DNA from: a virus
Taxonomy: Duplodnaviria; Heunggongvirae; Uroviricota; Caudoviricetes
Direction: 5' to 3' (one strand)
Length of the DNA stretch: 64,000 bases
IMG/VR virus record: IMGVR_UViG_3300049216_000317
Coordinates: 84,961-148,960 of that record
Made by a program: the position numbers and the translations under genes
The notes under the pieces: generated by a model
The model's input: only the letters and a program-made list of their open reading frames with translations
The model's database searches: none
Told to the model about the DNA's origin: nothing
Part shown: positions 61,322-64,000 of the stretch, piece by piece
How the letters are laid out: each line of letters starts with the position of its first letter
How positions within the stretch are numbered: the stretch's first letter is position 1

Positions 61322-62116
61322 TTATAAGCTAAATTCGCCTTCGCCACGCATACGGACCGTGTAAAAATCATCAGCAAAGTTGTTAATATAGGCATCCGGA
61401 ATGTAGAAGTAACCACTTCCTTCAATCCCCCAACCTAATCCCCAGCTGTTTCGGTAAATCCACATGTCTTTCGATGCATCATACCCTACACAAAGGATAG
61501 CATGGCCACCTTCTGGCTGTTCGTTAGCCGCAGGCATCGGCAAAACGCCAGTTTCTGCCGTTTCTTCAGACTGAATGCCTGAGAAGCAAGTGATACCCGT
61601 AAAGAAAGGGTAACCTGCCTGCAAACACTGAATGCGTTCGGCTTTACTTGCTAGGTAGTAGTAAGCCGCGCACTTGCGACGAGCGGCATCGCCATACACT
61701 TCAGCCGAAGGCGTAGTGTAAAGCGTGTCGGGGCTGTAAGGATAAAGGCTTTCCTGTGGAGCGCCCTTAGTCGTAAGCACTGTGGCGGCATCCTTAAGCG
61801 TTGTAACCCCTGCATCAGTCGGGATAGTGCCGTCTAAATAGCGCTCTTCACGATAGATGAAGTTTTCCGCCACTGGAACGAAGCTACCCTTGTTGATCTT
61901 CTTTTGCAGGAATTCATGCATGCCCGAAGACGCGAACGACGAGCACGAGCCTTCCTGACCTTGATCTTTTACTGGCGAACAAAGACTACGAAGATCCGGC
62001 GAGGGATTTGCGTTTGTTGCGTGCAAAGCCATGATGCTTTTATACTGGTAATCGCGAACGTCTTTTTTCGAAAAGACGTAGTTGAGCCGGTACTTTTGCC
62101 ATTTGGTTTGTTCCAT
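61322..62116 (-). CDS. papain-like C1 cysteine peptidase
   Basis: QGQEGSC, GGHAI and RNSWG (Q, C, H and N residues); AGGAG RBS. Confidence 0.92.
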   Translation of the reverse strand: MEQTKWQKYRLNYVFSKKDVRDYQYKSIMALHATNANPSPDLRSLCSPVKDQGQEGSCSSFASSGMHEFLQKKINKGSFVPVAENFIYREERYLDGTIPTDAGVTTLKDAATVLTTKGAPQESLYPYSPDTLYTTPSAEVYGDAARRKCAAYYYLASKAERIQCLQAGYPFFTGITCFSGIQSEETAETGVLPMPAANEQPEGGHAILCVGYDASKDMWIYRNSWGLGWGIEGSGYFYIPDAYINNFADDFYTVRMRGEGEFSL

Positions 62117-62133
62117 GTTGTTCTCCTTGTTGA

Positions 62134-62529
62134 TTACAGCGAATCAGCCAGCTTGCGCAAATCTTCGAGAGAAGAACTGCCCAAAGCTTCGAGTTCTTTC
62201 TGTGCAACAAGCGCCAGGATCTGTTGCTTTTTCTCTTTGTTAGCTTTCGCTTGTGCTGCGCGCTCGTTCTCTTCCAGTCGAACGTCAATGATGTACTTGG
62301 CCAACTCAAATTTAAGCTGAGTGCCTTCGTCGTGCTTTGGAGTTTTCACCACGAAAGAAACGTCTTCCTCTTGTTTCAGCTTTCGATTTAAATCGCGCGC
62401 GATGGCATCCAGGCTTGCCTTCCCAGTGTTGCTTGTCAGCGGAAGGTCCCAAAGATCCTCTACACTCAACATGCCCGCAGGCGATTCAAAACGAAGTTTC
62501 AGACGGCTTGCTTTTGCGAAATCCAACAT
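62134..62529 (-). CDS. conserved phage hypothetical protein
   Basis: ASRLKLRF...G.LSVEDLWDLPL pattern; AGGAG RBS. Confidence 0.7.
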   Translation of the reverse strand: MLDFAKASRLKLRFESPAGMLSVEDLWDLPLTSNTGKASLDAIARDLNRKLKQEEDVSFVVKTPKHDEGTQLKFELAKYIIDVRLEENERAAQAKANKEKKQQILALVAQKELEALGSSSLEDLRKLADSL

Positions 62530-62540
62530 AGTTTTCTCCT

Positions 62541-63998
62541 TTAAATGTTGATTTTAAGAACTCGTGAAAAATTACCTTTTACTCGGCACAAAATGCTATT
62601 GCGCTGAGTAGACGAGAATCCAAGACCACTCAGCTGACGATCCGACTCTTCAGTCTTGACCTTTGATCCGACCACTTCAAGAACTTTACGGTGAGCGTCC
62701 AGTTCAGGGGTCAAGAATTCATTGAAAAAGCCACGCGCTTTGCCTTCGTTCTTACAGCCTTCCAGCATGAAGAAGTAGTGCTTGTTCCCGACTGGTTTGT
62801 CGTCCCAATAGTTCGGGGAAAGCATGACGGCGCTGACCTTGTGGAAAGCCTGCGTTTTGACGCCCCAAACTTCTTTCGAAGTCGCAGTCGACGGCAAAGA
62901 TTCGACGATCTTGAACCCATCCTTTTTCGAATATTGAAGTCGAGCAACCTGGATTTGTTCTCCATTTTGAACAGCTTTGGCATACGAGATCGTTTGGATC
63001 TTTCCATCGAATTCAATTTCAACTTCGAATCCGACATCAGTAGTTTCTCGGCGGCAGTAATTATGAACAAAAAGGTTATAAAAACCTTTTTTCATCGTGC
63101 GCCGGTCAGCATATGTGATGTTTTCAACTGGCGTGCGCGTATCACCAGCGCCAGCGTTCATATCAACGTCCAGCATGCCGCCTGAAGGGGATTGTCGCCC
63201 ACGGTTGCCGAAATAGATCTCATAGTGGTTTGGCTGCTCGATCATGTGCAGATCCAAGTCGTCATGGTTGAACCACGACAGCGAGCAACGGAGATCTCCG
63301 TCAACCTTACCACCGGCTTTTTTCACGCGCTCTTTGATTGAATCAGCGACGTCACCAGTGTAAGACCACGAAAACGGATTTTGCCACTTGAACATCTCTT
63401 TTGCTTCCTTGTCGACGGGGGCAATCAAGCTGACCAAGTTGCTGGCCTGTTTGTTTTCAAACATGATCTCAATCGATTCCGCTTTTGGAAGAACTTCTTC
63501 GATAAATTTGTCGATTCCGATTTCTTCGACCTTGTCGAAGTTTTGGATCTTTTCGGCAACAGTTGCTTTGAGATCGTCAAATACGTCCCCGCCGAGAGCT
63601 TTTTTAGCGTCGCGATTAGCAAAGAGAACGTTGTTGATTTTGATGTCATCGATCGTAGCAAAACGACGCTCAAGCGCGGTCTTCAGGCCAAGCTTTTCGA
63701 CTTCTTTTTGCGCCTTTTCGATCATAGCTTTCGTAACCAAAGCAGTCGGGCGCTTGTAATTAGTCGGAGCTACCTTTGCCTCAAACGCCTTCACTGCGTC
63801 TTCTAGCTCTTTTCCATCTGAAAGATCCGAAACCAGCGTCCCAATGACAGTATTGCGGAAACGAACGACTGATCCAGGGGCCGCTTTCACTTGCGACCAA
63901 ACATAAATATCACGCTTAGTTTCGCCTTTGATCTTATCAAATTCGACTTTGAACTTGCGGAAAGCCTCAAGCGCGAATTTGTGCTCTTCGCCGCGATA
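62541..63998 (-). CDS. large conserved phage protein with YfaP/DUF2135-like domain, 5'-truncated
   Basis: Frame open to the window end (YRGEEHK...); LRCSLSWFNHDDLDLH...LDVDMNA...PVENI. Confidence 0.7.
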   Translation of the reverse strand, partial: YRGEEHKFALEAFRKFKVEFDKIKGETKRDIYVWSQVKAAPGSVVRFRNTVIGTLVSDLSDGKELEDAVKAFEAKVAPTNYKRPTALVTKAMIEKAQKEVEKLGLKTALERRFATIDDIKINNVLFANRDAKKALGGDVFDDLKATVAEKIQNFDKVEEIGIDKFIEEVLPKAESIEIMFENKQASNLVSLIAPVDKEAKEMFKWQNPFSWSYTGDVADSIKERVKKAGGKVDGDLRCSLSWFNHDDLDLHMIEQPNHYEIYFGNRGRQSPSGGMLDVDMNAGAGDTRTPVENITYADRRTMKKGFYNLFVHNYCRRETTDVGFEVEIEFDGKIQTISYAKAVQNGEQIQVARLQYSKKDGFKIVESLPSTATSKEVWGVKTQAFHKVSAVMLSPNYWDDKPVGNKHYFFMLEGCKNEGKARGFFNEFLTPELDAHRKVLEVVGSKVKTEESDRQLSGLGFSSTQRNSILCRVKGNFSRVLKINI

Positions 63999-64000
63999 AA

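Noticed and set aside
60754-61425. 223-aa version of the ORF starting at 61425
   Set aside because: It overlaps the peptidase by about 100 nt; the ATG at 61251 has a GGAG RBS.
1-64000. Genome-wide stop-codon reassignment (suggested by the TTA-centred tRNA-like RNA)
   Set aside because: Recognisable genes are intact under the standard code, and TAA, TAG and TGA all end genes, often with TAATG/ATGA coupling.
1-64000. CRISPR array or IS elements
   Set aside because: No regularly spaced direct repeats and no transposase motifs.

Overview
The whole 64 kb window reads as a large contractile-tailed (myovirus-like) phage genome. I saw no host housekeeping genes, and the genetic code looks standard. 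The host is probably Gram-negative, given the OmpA_C domain, several lipoproteins and a spanin-like gene pair. Layout: (1) 1-3.4 kb, small + strand genes, including an HNH endonuclease overlapping a C5-methyltransferase C-terminus in another frame, a DUF2829/Tad2-like gene and a metallophosphoesterase. (2) 3.4-5.5 kb, a divergent lysis module with a GH25 endolysin. (3) 5.6-41.1 kb, a minus-strand tail, fibre, baseplate and tape-measure block with extensive module sharing, interrupted by a + strand 3-gene cassette and a CPBP protease. A recurrent YAATCTTWAG motif upstream of these genes looks like a late promoter. (4) 41.2-44.5 kb, an HNH gene, a nucleoside deoxyribosyltransferase-like gene and a minimal tyrosine recombinase. 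(5) 44.6-46.2 kb, seven canonical tRNAs plus two non-canonical structured RNAs, followed by a truncated CCA-adding enzyme. One RNA is tRNA-shaped with a tRNA-Pyl-like elbow and a 19-nt anticodon arm centred on TTA; the other is a pseudoknot. (6) 46.7-57.7 kb, a minus-strand accessory block: UDP-sugar dehydrogenase, glycosyltransferase, heme-oxygenase-like enzyme, a complete ABC transporter with an SBP-OmpA fusion, a membrane-anchored PspA-like protein and a CoaD-like enzyme. (7) 57.8-58.2 kb, tmRNA (tag DADFEQAAA) followed by tRNA-Asp. (8) 58.4-64 kb, further accessory genes. The best candidates for an undescribed system are the atypical RNAs with the mini CCA enzyme, and the PspA/ABC/OmpA/HDO operon. 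All family names come from motif recognition by eye; no database search was run.
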